From positions 4,331-68,330 of the forward strand of contig DATGPV010000018.1 in the NCBI GenBank assembly GCA_035304545.1: a stretch of DNA of 64,000 bases. Reading direction: 5' to 3'. The stretch comes from Limnochordales bacterium. GTDB taxonomy: Bacteria > Bacillota > Limnochordia > Limnochordales > ZCTH02-B6. The notes under the pieces were generated by a model. It worked only from the letters and a program-made list of their open reading frames with translations. It did no database searches and was not told where the DNA came from. Position 1 is the stretch's first letter; the number at the start of each line of letters is the position of its first letter. Shown piece after piece: positions 27,491-36,208 of this stretch. Both the position numbers and the translations under genes were made by a program.

Positions 27491-28599
27491 GGATCAGGCC
27501 AGCGGTGGGCTTCGACGCCTACCGCGTCGGCCACCCGCCGGAAACCGTCCCGGGCCAGGAGATCCCGCAGCTGCCGCAATAGCCGCGCCGGAAAGCCCGG
27601 CCCGCCGTAGACGAATCCCGTGTACACTTGCACCAGCGACGCCCCGGCCTTGATCTTCGCATACGCGTCGGCGGCTGACATGATGCCGCCCACGCCGATG
27701 ATGGGCAGGCGGCCGCCGCACCGGCGGTAAAGGGCCGCCACCACCCGGGTGGAAAGGTCAAACAAGGGCGCGCCGCTCAAGCCTCCGGGCCGTTGCGCCG
27801 CGCGGCCCGCCAGACCCGGCCGGGTGACGGTGGTGTTGGTGGCGATAAGGCCGGCCACGCCCTGCTCCAGGCAGACGCCGACGATGGCGTCCAACTCCGC
27901 TGCATCCAGATCCGGAGCCACCTTGACAAAAAGGGGGCGGGTGGGGCTGTCGCCCCGGGCGGCCAGCCGGACTTGGGCCTCGCGGAGGGCGGCCAAGAGC
28001 TGGGCCAGCACGGGCGCCGCCTGCAGACCCCGCAGTCCTGGGGTGTTGGGGGAACTGACGTTGACCACCACGTAATCGGCCACGGGGTAGACGGTTTCCA
28101 GGCAGCGCGCGTAGTCGCCGGCGGCGGCTTCCGCGGGGGTGTCCCGGTTTTTGCCGATGTTGACGCCGATGGGCACCGCCACCTGGGGCCGCGCAGCCGC
28201 CAGCCGCCGGGCCAGGGCCGCCGCGCCGCCGTTGTTGAAGCCCATGCGGTTGATGAGGGCCTGGTGGGCCGGGAGGCGCCACAGCCGCACGCCCGGGTTG
28301 CCCGGCTGGGGGCGGGGCGTCACCGTGCCCACTTCCACAAACCCGAAACCCAGCGCCGCCAGCGCCGGCACGGCCTCGCCGTCTTTGTCCAGCCCCGCGG
28401 CCAAGCCCAGGCAGTTTTGGAAGCGCATGCCCGCGAGCTCCACCGCCAGGGCGGGATCGGAAAAGCCCCAGCGGCGCTGCCAGCGGGCCAGGAGAGCGGG
28501 CCGGCCGCTGGCCCGGCGCAGCAGGGCCATGGCCAGGCGGTGGGCCCGCTCGGCGTCCATGGTCCAAAGGAGGGGGCGGATGCAGTCGTAGAAGCCCAT
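27487..28599 (-). CDS. pyrD: Dihydroorotate dehydrogenase (quinone), class 2
   Basis: MGFYDCIRPLLWTMDAERAHRLA...FVEVGTVTPRPQPGNPGVRLWRL...GFNNGG...GVNIGKN...IGVGGI. The start is ATG 28599; the track start 28701 adds 34 unsupported residues. Confidence 0.92.
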   Translation of the reverse strand: MGFYDCIRPLLWTMDAERAHRLAMALLRRASGRPALLARWQRRWGFSDPALAVELAGMRFQNCLGLAAGLDKDGEAVPALAALGFGFVEVGTVTPRPQPGNPGVRLWRLPAHQALINRMGFNNGGAAALARRLAAARPQVAVPIGVNIGKNRDTPAEAAAGDYARCLETVYPVADYVVVNVSSPNTPGLRGLQAAPVLAQLLAALREAQVRLAARGDSPTRPLFVKVAPDLDAAELDAIVGVCLEQGVAGLIATNTTVTRPGLAGRAAQRPGGLSGAPLFDLSTRVVAALYRRCGGRLPIIGVGGIMSAADAYAKIKAGASLVQVYTGFVYGGPGFPARLLRQLRDLLARDGFRRVADAVGVEAHRWPDP

Positions 28600-28652
28600 C
28601 GGCACAAGCCTACCCGTCCCGTTCCAGCGTGTCAACCGGGGATCCGTGAAGA

Positions 28653-28682
28653 TTGACAACACTTCTGGGCCGGTGCTATTTT
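28653..28682 (+). promoter_or_regulatory. Putative sigma-A promoter of hrcA
   Basis: TTGACA (28653-28658), 18 nt, TATTTT (28677-28682), immediately upstream of CIRCE. Confidence 0.55.
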
Positions 28683-28694
28683 GAAGGGGAGAAG

Positions 28695-28721
28695 TTAGCA
28701 CTCTCTCGGGACGAGTGCTAA
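28695..28721 (+). promoter_or_regulatory. CIRCE operator (HrcA binding site)
   Basis: TTAGCACTC-tctcgggac-GAGTGCTAA is a perfect match to the TTAGCACTC-N9-GAGTGCTAA consensus, directly upstream of hrcA. Confidence 0.95.
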
Positions 28722-28730
28722 GGGAAGGAG

Positions 28731-29774
28731 GTGGAGCGCGTGCTGGACGAGCGCAAGCGACGGGTGCTTCATGCGCTGACCGAGGATTACATCCAGACAG
28801 CCGAGCCCGTCGGGTCCCGCAACCTGGCCCGCAAGTACAACTTGGGCGTGAGCCCGGCCACCATCCGCAACGAGATGGCGGATCTGGAGGACGAGGGCTA
28901 CCTGCACCAGCCCCATACTTCTGCGGGCCGCATCCCGTCGGACAAAGGCTACCGGTACTACGTGGACGAGCTGATGGCGCGGTGGGAACCCAGTCCGGCT
29001 GAGCGCTCCGCTGTCTACCGGGAAGTGTTGGCCGTGCGGCGGGCCATGGAGGAAATGGTGCACGAGGCGGCCCGGCTCTTGGCCCGGGCCACGCAGTACG
29101 CTTCGGTGGTGGCCGCCCCGAGCCTGGAGGCCAGCATCTTCCGGCGCCTGGATCTGGTGCCGCTGGATGACCTCCGGGTCGTCGCGGTGGTGGTGGCCGA
29201 TCCTGGCTTCGTGCAGCACCGCATCGTGGAAGTGGGCCGTCCGGTCAGCCAGGCGCAGTGCGACCAGATGGCTGCCCGCCTAAACCGGCGACTTTTTGGC
29301 GTGCGCTACGGCGACATCCGGCGCGACCTTTTGGCTGGGATTAAGGAAGAGGTGGGCCATCCTGAGCTCTACGACGCGGTGGCCGATCTGCTGACCACCG
29401 GCCTCAGCGACCGCAAGAGCGATAAGGTCTACCTGGAAGGCACCCTCAATATTCTCAACCAGCCGGAGTTCCGGGACATCGAGCGGGCCCGTTCGCTCCT
29501 GGCGCTCTTGGAGGCCCGGGACATCCTCAACGAGGTGTTGAGTGTGGCGGCCCGGGGCGGGGGCACCACGGTCATCATCGGCCACGAGAACCCCGTGGCC
29601 GGCTTGCGGGAGTGCAGCGTGGTGTCGTCGGCCTACCGGCTGGGCGACGAAGTCATCGGGGTCATCGGGGTGCTGGGGCCGACCCGCATGGACTACTCCC
29701 GGGCGGTGGGGATGGTCGAGTACGTGGCCGACCAGCTGACCGAAGCGCTGGACGCGCTCATGCGGGGCCACTGA
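28731..29774 (+). CDS. hrcA: Heat-inducible transcription repressor HrcA
   Basis: LDERKRRVLHALTEDYIQTAEPVGSRNLARKYNLGVSPATIRNEMADLEDEGYLHQPHTSAGRIPSDKGYRYYVD. GTG 28740, 6 nt after AAGGAGGTG, is the more likely start. Confidence 0.96.
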   Translation: MERVLDERKRRVLHALTEDYIQTAEPVGSRNLARKYNLGVSPATIRNEMADLEDEGYLHQPHTSAGRIPSDKGYRYYVDELMARWEPSPAERSAVYREVLAVRRAMEEMVHEAARLLARATQYASVVAAPSLEASIFRRLDLVPLDDLRVVAVVVADPGFVQHRIVEVGRPVSQAQCDQMAARLNRRLFGVRYGDIRRDLLAGIKEEVGHPELYDAVADLLTTGLSDRKSDKVYLEGTLNILNQPEFRDIERARSLLALLEARDILNEVLSVAARGGGTTVIIGHENPVAGLRECSVVSSAYRLGDEVIGVIGVLGPTRMDYSRAVGMVEYVADQLTEALDALMRGH

Positions 29775-29809
29775 CGGGCCCCCGTCCGGGCGCGCCTTCG
29801 GCCCTGGCG

Positions 29810-29838
29810 TGGACAGGGCCGCGGGCGTCCATTATTAT
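29810..29838 (+). promoter_or_regulatory. Possible internal sigma-A promoter ahead of grpE-dnaK-dnaJ
   Basis: TGGACA (29810-29815), 17 nt, TATTAT (29833-29838), in an otherwise GC-rich spacer. No CIRCE is associated with it. Confidence 0.4.
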
Positions 29839-29932
29839 AGATGGGGCAGGGCCCTTGAGGCGTGTGCGCCGCGAGGGATTTTTTCTTTGTCCAGGGGAGT
29901 CGACGGTGTTGCGGCAGGAAAAGGATGATTCC

Positions 29933-30631
29933 ATGACCGGACCGGCGCCGCGCGAGGCGGAAGCCGCGCCGGCGGAGGAAGCAGGCCAGGAGAGCATCCC
30001 GGAGGGGCAGCCGCCGGCGGCCGCAGAGAAGGGCGCTGCGGAGCCTCTCGCGGGTGAAGCCCTGGATGAGGCAGGCGAGGCCCGCGCGCCGGCGGCCCCC
30101 ACCGCCGCCGAGGGGGAATCTGCGGCGGGCGACGGGGGCGCGGCGCCAGAATCCCAGCCCGACGTGGCCTCTCTCGAGGACCGCATCGCGGCCTTGGAGG
30201 CGCGCGAGCGGGAGCTGTCGGATCAGTATGTGCGGCTATTGGCAGAATTTGACAACTACCGGCGCCGCACCCGCCAGGAGATGGAGACGCTGCGGGCCAC
30301 GGCCGCGGAGCGGCTGTTGGCCGACGTGCTGCCCGTCATCGACAGCCTCGATCACGCCCTGGCGGCGGCCGGCGGCGACGCCGCGGGCCCGTTGGGTCAG
30401 GGGGTCAAGCTCATCCGGCAGCAGCTGCTGGACGTGCTGGCCCGCCACGGCCTTGCGCCCATCGAAGCGGTGGGCCAGCCCTTTGATCCGAATCTGATGG
30501 AAGCCGTGGCCGAAGCTGAACCCGGTGACGGGGCGCCCCCGGGCTACGTCGTGGAGGAGTACCGGCGGGGCTACCGGCTCCACGACAAGGTGCTGCGCCC
30601 CAGCCTGGTCAAGGTCGCCGCCGCGCGCTGA
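29933..30631 (+). CDS. grpE: Nucleotide exchange factor GrpE
   Basis: The C-terminal half reads [23 protein letters not shown]...[12 protein letters not shown]...FDPNLMEAV...[23 protein letters not shown]. An alternative start is GTG 29906, 6 nt after AGGGGAG. The track ORF from 29612 overlaps hrcA. Confidence 0.93.
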   Translation: MTGPAPREAEAAPAEEAGQESIPEGQPPAAAEKGAAEPLAGEALDEAGEARAPAAPTAAEGESAAGDGGAAPESQPDVASLEDRIAALEARERELSDQYVRLLAEFDNYRRRTRQEMETLRATAAERLLADVLPVIDSLDHALAAAGGDAAGPLGQGVKLIRQQLLDVLARHGLAPIEAVGQPFDPNLMEAVAEAEPGDGAPPGYVVEEYRRGYRLHDKVLRPSLVKVAAAR

Positions 30632-30663
30632 CCACGGCACCCAGTGACGGGAGGAATTGGCAC

Positions 30664-32520
30664 ATGAGCAAGGTCATCGGCATTGACTTGGGCACGACCA
30701 ACTCGGTGGTGGCGGTGGTGGAAGGCGGCGAACCCGTCATCATTCCCAACGCCGAGGGCGGCCGCACCACGCCGTCGGTCGTGGCCTTTACCAAAGAAGG
30801 GGAACGCCTGGTGGGCCAGGCGGCCAAGCGGCAAGCGGTCCTCAACCCGGACCGGACGGTCATGTCCATCAAGCGCAAGATGGGCACCAACCACCGGGTG
30901 CGCATCGACGACAAGGAGTACACGCCCCAGGAGATCTCGGCCATGATCCTGCAGAGGCTCAAGGCCGATGCCGAAAACTACCTGGGCGCGCCCGTGACCA
31001 AGGCGGTCATCACCGTGCCCGCCTATTTCACCGACGCCCAGCGCCAGGCCACCAAGGACGCGGGCACCATCGCCGGTCTCGAGGTGCTGCGCATCATCAA
31101 TGAGCCCACGGCCGCCTCGCTGGCCTACGGACTGGACAAGGAAGGCAACCAGACCATCCTTGTCTTTGACCTGGGCGGCGGCACTTTTGACGTCTCCATC
31201 CTGGAGATCGGCGACGGCGTCTTTGAGGTCAAGGCCACCAGCGGCAACAACCATCTGGGCGGCGACGATTTCGACGACCGCATCATCCGCTGGCTGGTGG
31301 AACAGTTCAAGATGGATCACGGGATCGATTTGACCCGGGACCGGCAGGCCATGCAGCGCCTCAAGGAGGCCGCGGAGAAGGCCAAGATCGAGCTGTCGGG
31401 CGTGACCACCACCAACATCAGCCTGCCCTTTATTTCCATGGGGCCCGAGGGGCCGCTGCACATCGATGTCACCTTAACCCGGGCCAAGTTCGAAGAGCTC
31501 ACCCGGGATCTGGTGGAGGCCACCATGGGGCCGACCCGGCAGGCCCTCAAGGACGCGGGCTTGGAGCCGCATCAGGTCGACAAGGTCATCCTGGTGGGCG
31601 GGTCTACCCGCATCCCGGCGGTGCAAGAAGCCATCAAGAACTTGACGGGCAAGGAACCCCACAAGGGCGTCAACCCCGACGAGGTGGTGGCCTTGGGCGC
31701 CGCCATCCAGGCCGCGGTGCTGGCCGGCGAGATGAAGGACCTGGTGCTGTTGGACGTGACGCCGCTGTCGTTGGGCATCGAGACGTTGGGCGGGGTGTTC
31801 ACCAAGCTCATCGAGCGCAACACCACCATCCCCACCTCGGCCAAGCAGGTGTTTACCACCGCGGCCGACAACCAGACGACGGTGGAGATCCACGTGCTGC
31901 AGGGCGAGCGCCCCATGGCCGCGGACAACGTGACGCTGGGGCGTTTCCGCTTGGACGGCATCCCGCCCGCGCCCCGGGGAGTGCCCCAAATCGAGGTCAG
32001 TTTTGACATCGACGTCAACGGTATTGTCAAGGTGTCGGCCAAGGATCTGGCCACCGGCCGCTCCCAGCAGGTGACCCTGACCGCGTCCACGGGTCTGTCC
32101 TCCGAGGACATCCAGCGCATGATCCGGGAGGCCGAGCAGTACGCGGAGGAGGACCGGCGCCGCAAGGAGCTGGCCGAGCTCAAGAACCAGGCCGACAGCT
32201 TGATTTACACCGTCGACCGCACCTTGAAGGATCTGGGCGACAAGGTGACGCCCCAGGAGAAGGAAAACATCGAGCAGGCCAAGCAGCGGCTGCAGTCGGT
32301 CGTGGGCGGCGACGACGCCCAGGCCATCAAGGACGGCCTGGAGGCCCTTAGCAAGGCGTTGCACGATGTGACCACCCGGGCGTACCAAACCGCCGGGCAG
32401 GCGGGCGCTGGTCCCCAGCCCCCGCCGGGCGGCGGCGGCGCCACCGGCGGGGCCGGCGGCGGTGCCACCGTGGAGGGCGAGTACACCGTGTCGGGGGACG
32501 AGGAGCGGCGGGGCGCATGA
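30664..32520 (+). CDS. dnaK: Molecular chaperone DnaK (Hsp70)
   Basis: [24 protein letters not shown]...[13 protein letters not shown]...[15 protein letters not shown]. Confidence 0.98.
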   Translation: MSKVIGIDLGTTNSVVAVVEGGEPVIIPNAEGGRTTPSVVAFTKEGERLVGQAAKRQAVLNPDRTVMSIKRKMGTNHRVRIDDKEYTPQEISAMILQRLKADAENYLGAPVTKAVITVPAYFTDAQRQATKDAGTIAGLEVLRIINEPTAASLAYGLDKEGNQTILVFDLGGGTFDVSILEIGDGVFEVKATSGNNHLGGDDFDDRIIRWLVEQFKMDHGIDLTRDRQAMQRLKEAAEKAKIELSGVTTTNISLPFISMGPEGPLHIDVTLTRAKFEELTRDLVEATMGPTRQALKDAGLEPHQVDKVILVGGSTRIPAVQEAIKNLTGKEPHKGVNPDEVVALGAAIQAAVLAGEMKDLVLLDVTPLSLGIETLGGVFTKLIERNTTIPTSAKQVFTTAADNQTTVEIHVLQGERPMAADNVTLGRFRLDGIPPAPRGVPQIEVSFDIDVNGIVKVSAKDLATGRSQQVTLTASTGLSSEDIQRMIREAEQYAEEDRRRKELAELKNQADSLIYTVDRTLKDLGDKVTPQEKENIEQAKQRLQSVVGGDDAQAIKDGLEALSKALHDVTTRAYQTAGQAGAGPQPPPGGGGATGGAGGGATVEGEYTVSGDEERRGA

Positions 32521-32573
32521 CCCGCCGCCCCTGTTTGCCCGGGCGGTTTCGGGATTGGCGGGCGGTGTAGCCA

Positions 32574-33746
32574 TTGGCGACCAAGCGGGATTACTACGAG
32601 GTGCTGGGGGTCAGCCGGGACGCGTCGCAGGAGGAGATCAAGCGGGCGTTCCGGCGGCTGGCGCGCCAGTACCATCCCGACGTGAACAAAGACGATCCCC
32701 AGGCCGAGGAAAAGTTCAAGGAGATTAGCGAGGCCTATCGCGTCCTGAGCGACCCCAAGACCCGGGAGCAGTACGACCGCTTTGGACACGCGGCCTTTGA
32801 CGGGGCCGGGGGCGCCGGTCCCGGGGGCTTTGGCCCCTTTGGCCCCGGCGGCTTCGGTGGCGCGGGGGGCTTTGATCCCTTCGGCGATCTCTTCTCTGAG
32901 GTCTTCGAGATGTTTACCGGCGGCACCCGCCAGCGGGCCCGGGGCCCCGCGCGGGGCCGGGACTTGGAGATGGAGATCGAGGTGGAGTTTCGGGAGGCCG
33001 CGTTTGGCGCGGAGAAAACCATCGAGGTGCCCCGGGTGGAGGTGTGTGCCCGTTGCCACGGCGACGGCGCCGAACCGGGCACGCCCATCCAAACGTGTCC
33101 CGAATGCCATGGGACCGGTGAGGTGCGCCACGTCCGGACCAGCGCCTTCGGGCAGTTCGTGACGGTGACCGTATGCCCCCGGTGCAGGGGTGAGGGCCGG
33201 TTTCCCCAGAAGCCCTGCCGGGAGTGCCAGGGGGCGGGCCGGGTGCGGCGCCGCCGGCGGATCACGGTGAAGATCCCCGCGGGGGTGGACACGGGCAATC
33301 GCATCCGGCTCAGCGGCGAAGGCGATGCCGGTGCCCGGGGCGGCCCGCCGGGGGACCTGTACCTGTATGTCCGGGTGCGGCCCCATCCCTTCTTTGTGCG
33401 GGACGGGGTCGACGTCATCACCGAAGTCCCCATCAGCTTCGTTCAAGCGGCGCTGGGGGACGAGATCGACGTGGAGACCTTGGACGGGACGCAAAAGGTC
33501 ACCATCCCTGAGGGCACCCAGCCGGGCACCGAGTTTCGCTTGCGGGGCCAGGGCATTCCCCGCATGGGCGGCTACGGCCGCGGGGATCAGATCGTGCGGG
33601 TCCGGGTGGAAGTGCCCCGCCGGCTCAGCGCGAAACAGAAGGAGCTGCTGCGGGAGTTCGCCCGGGCCAGCGGCGAGGAGCCCAAGGGCAGCCGCGGGTT
33701 TTTTGATCGGGTGCGGGACACTCTGGGCGGGCGCAATGCCCAATAG
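32574..33746 (+). CDS. dnaJ: Molecular chaperone DnaJ
   Basis: J-domain ([33 protein letters not shown]), a G/F-rich region, and four CxxCxGxG zinc-finger motifs. Confidence 0.97.
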   Translation: MATKRDYYEVLGVSRDASQEEIKRAFRRLARQYHPDVNKDDPQAEEKFKEISEAYRVLSDPKTREQYDRFGHAAFDGAGGAGPGGFGPFGPGGFGGAGGFDPFGDLFSEVFEMFTGGTRQRARGPARGRDLEMEIEVEFREAAFGAEKTIEVPRVEVCARCHGDGAEPGTPIQTCPECHGTGEVRHVRTSAFGQFVTVTVCPRCRGEGRFPQKPCRECQGAGRVRRRRRITVKIPAGVDTGNRIRLSGEGDAGARGGPPGDLYLYVRVRPHPFFVRDGVDVITEVPISFVQAALGDEIDVETLDGTQKVTIPEGTQPGTEFRLRGQGIPRMGGYGRGDQIVRVRVEVPRRLSAKQKELLREFARASGEEPKGSRGFFDRVRDTLGGRNAQ

Positions 33747-33758
33747 CCCCGGCGTCCG

Positions 33759-34646
33759 GTGGAGGTTGGCGCGGTGCGGTGGATGAAGGTGGCTGTACAC
33801 ACCTACTCGGAATGCGAAGAGGCCGTCACCCAGATCCTGCTGGCCGCCGGCGCCCAAGGCGTGGTGCTGGAGGGGGAGGGCCACCAGCGGGCCGTCATCG
33901 CCTTTCTCCCCGAGGGCGCCGCGGTGTCCGCGGAAGAAATCGGCCAACGCGTCCGGGCCCTGGCCCGGTACGGCTTGCAGCCGGGGCCGGCCCAGGTGTC
34001 GGTGGAGTGGGTGCACGACGAAGCTTGGGCCGAAAGCTGGAAGCGCCACTACCGGCCCTTGCCCGTGGGCCGGCGGCTCCTGATCAAGCCGGCGTGGGTG
34101 ACGGTGGCGCCTACGGACCGGCACGTCATCGAGCTGGACCCGGGCATGGCCTTTGGCACCGGCTATCATCCCACCACCGCGCTGTGCCTGGAAGCCTTGG
34201 AAGAATTGGTCCGCCCCGGCGACACCGTGGTGGATGTGGGCACCGGCTCAGGGATCTTGGCCATTGCGGCCGCCCTCCTGGGTGCCGGCGCGGTGATCGC
34301 CGTCGACATCGACCCCCAGGCGGTGCACGCGGCCCGGGAAAACTGCCGGCGCAACGGGGTCCACGACAAGGTGTGGGTGGCCGAGGGCAGCGCGGCCGCG
34401 GCCCGGGCTTTGCTGGCACAGCAGCAGGCGGATGTGGTGGTGGCCAACATTTTGGCCGACGTCATCGCCGGCATGGTCCCGGAGCTGCACGGCCTCTTGC
34501 GCCCCGGCGGGCAGCTGGTGGCCAGCGGCATCATCGCCGACGCGTGCGACGGGGTGCGGGCGCGGCTGGTGGACGCGGGGTTTGTCCTCCGCGCCCAGCG
34601 GGCCCGGGGCGAGTGGCGCTGCCTGGTGGCGGAGCGAGCCCGCTGA
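33759..34646 (+). CDS. prmA: Ribosomal protein L11 methyltransferase
   Basis: IELDPGMAFGTGYHPTTALCLEAL...VVDVGTGSGILAIAAALLGA. The likely start is ATG 33783 (MKVAVHTY). Confidence 0.93.
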   Translation: MEVGAVRWMKVAVHTYSECEEAVTQILLAAGAQGVVLEGEGHQRAVIAFLPEGAAVSAEEIGQRVRALARYGLQPGPAQVSVEWVHDEAWAESWKRHYRPLPVGRRLLIKPAWVTVAPTDRHVIELDPGMAFGTGYHPTTALCLEALEELVRPGDTVVDVGTGSGILAIAAALLGAGAVIAVDIDPQAVHAARENCRRNGVHDKVWVAEGSAAAARALLAQQQADVVVANILADVIAGMVPELHGLLRPGGQLVASGIIADACDGVRARLVDAGFVLRAQRARGEWRCLVAERAR

Positions 34647-35548
34647 TGCACCGCTTTTTCCTGGCCGGAGATCCGGGAGACACAGGGGAGGCGACGGTCC
34701 AACAAGGCGTGCAATATCCGGCCGGCGGGGGAGAGGCGGCCGCGGTGGGCGAGCCTGCCTTGGCGCCCGGCCAAGTCGCGGTGCTGGTGGGCAGCGACGC
34801 GCAGCACATCGCCCGGGTGCTTAGGCTGCGGCCCGGCGACCGGATCGTTCTCTGCGACGGGCGGGGCTTTGACTACGCCGCGGAGTTGGTTTCCGTGGAC
34901 CCGGCCCGGGTGGCGGCCCGGGTCCTGTCATCCGCGCCCTCCCGGGGCGAGCCGCCCCTCTTCCTCATCCTGGTGCAAGGCATTCCCAAGGGCGACAAGA
35001 TGGACCTGGTGGTACAGAAGGCGGTGGAGGTCGGGGTAAGCCGCATCATTCCCGTGTTGGCTGCCCGCACGGTGGTGGCGTGGGACGCAGCCAAGGCCGA
35101 GGCCCGCCGCCGCCGCTGGCAGCGCATCGCGTATGAGGCGGCCAAGCAGGCCCAGCGGGGGCGGGTGCCCACCGTGGCGCCGGTCACTTCCTTGTCGGAC
35201 CTTTTGGCCTCCGCCGCGCCGGGCGCCGGCGGGGACCTGGGGCAGATCATCGTCCCCTGGGAAGCGGCCCGGGACGCGGGCCTGCGGGACGTGTTGCGCG
35301 GAGTGCCGCCGCCGGGACCCGTGACGGTCATTATCGGTCCCGAGGGCGGACTTGAGGCGGGGGAGGTGGCCCTGGCCCAAGCGCGCGGCGCCCACACCGT
35401 CACCTTGGGTCCCCGGGTGCTGAGGACGGAGACCGCTGGGCTGGTGGCGGCCAGCGTGATCCTGTACGAGTGGGGGGACCTGGGCGGATCCGAACGGGAC
35501 GCCGGGGACGGGGCCGGGACCGCCCCGCACCGGGTGCCGGCGGACTGA
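34646..35548 (+). CDS. rsmE: 16S rRNA (uracil1498-N3)-methyltransferase RsmE
   Basis: MHRFFL...HIARVLRLRPGDRIVLCDGRG...LVQGIPKGDKMDLVVQKAVEVGVSRIIPV...IIGPEGGL...LGPRVLRTETA. The ATG overlaps the prmA stop (TGATG). The N-terminus carries an extra Gly/Ala-rich insert of about 30 aa. Confidence 0.9.
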   Translation: MHRFFLAGDPGDTGEATVQQGVQYPAGGGEAAAVGEPALAPGQVAVLVGSDAQHIARVLRLRPGDRIVLCDGRGFDYAAELVSVDPARVAARVLSSAPSRGEPPLFLILVQGIPKGDKMDLVVQKAVEVGVSRIIPVLAARTVVAWDAAKAEARRRRWQRIAYEAAKQAQRGRVPTVAPVTSLSDLLASAAPGAGGDLGQIIVPWEAARDAGLRDVLRGVPPPGPVTVIIGPEGGLEAGEVALAQARGAHTVTLGPRVLRTETAGLVAASVILYEWGDLGGSERDAGDGAGTAPHRVPAD

Positions 35549-35574
35549 GCCGGGCGGGACCAGCCGCCGGCGGG

Positions 35575-36108
35575 TCAGGGCAGCCGCAAGGTCACGGCCT
35601 CGGCGGCCAGCGGCGGATCCGAGGTCAGCGTCCCGTGCACCTCCACGGTGCCTGTCACCGGGCGCCCCGCGGCGTCCCGGCCGTCCCATACCGCGGTGAA
35701 GATGACCAGTTCTCCCGGCGGCCAGCGGCGCTGCTGGATGGCCTGGTGGAAGACGCGGCCCTGGGACCAGCGCCAGATTTCCTCGCCGTCTTGAACGACG
35801 ACGAAGTCGTAGGTCTGGCCGTTGCGGAAGGTCACCACTGCCGTCTCCTCGCCCGTGGCCATGGCGCCCAGGACGAAAAGGTATCGCGGCTCGTCGCCTG
35901 TAGCCAGCGGTTCCACGGACAGGGCGACGGCTACCGGGGGCGCGGTCCCGGGCCATCCGGGGCCCGTGACGGTTTCCCCTGCGCCTTTCCCTGCGCCCAT
36001 CCCTGCGCCAGTCATGAGGGCGCCCACCCCTCCCAAGATGAACAGCAGCCGCCAATCCCAGCGGAGAGCCGCCGGTCGGCGCGCTCGGACCGTATGGTTC
36101 CTCCACAT
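35575..36108 (-). CDS. Membrane-anchored BsuPI-like (intracellular proteinase inhibitor family) protein
   Basis: TM anchor WRLLFILGGVGALMTGAG, then VVTFRNGQTYDFVVVQDGEEIWRWSQGRVFHQAIQQRRWPPGELVIFTAVWDGRD. This matches my recollection of the BsuPI (PF12690) pattern sGq.yDf.v.d..G..vWrwS.g..ftq......l.pGe. The start is ATG 36108. Confidence 0.7.
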   Translation of the reverse strand: MWRNHTVRARRPAALRWDWRLLFILGGVGALMTGAGMGAGKGAGETVTGPGWPGTAPPVAVALSVEPLATGDEPRYLFVLGAMATGEETAVVTFRNGQTYDFVVVQDGEEIWRWSQGRVFHQAIQQRRWPPGELVIFTAVWDGRDAAGRPVTGTVEVHGTLTSDPPLAAEAVTLRLP

Positions 36109-36208
36109 CAGGTAAACCCCCTCTCGTGGGCAAGACCGCCCCACGGCCTTAAGCCCGGGGCCCGGATCCGGCGCCGCGGGGCCGGCGGCCCGGGCCCATG
36201 GGCTCGGC

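Noticed and set aside
29775-29932. A second CIRCE element or a terminator between hrcA and grpE.
   Set aside because: There is no TTAGCACTC/GAGTGCTAA half-site. Only a weak hairpin (GGCGTGTGCGCC) is present, with a distant T-run. I list only a possible internal promoter, at low confidence.
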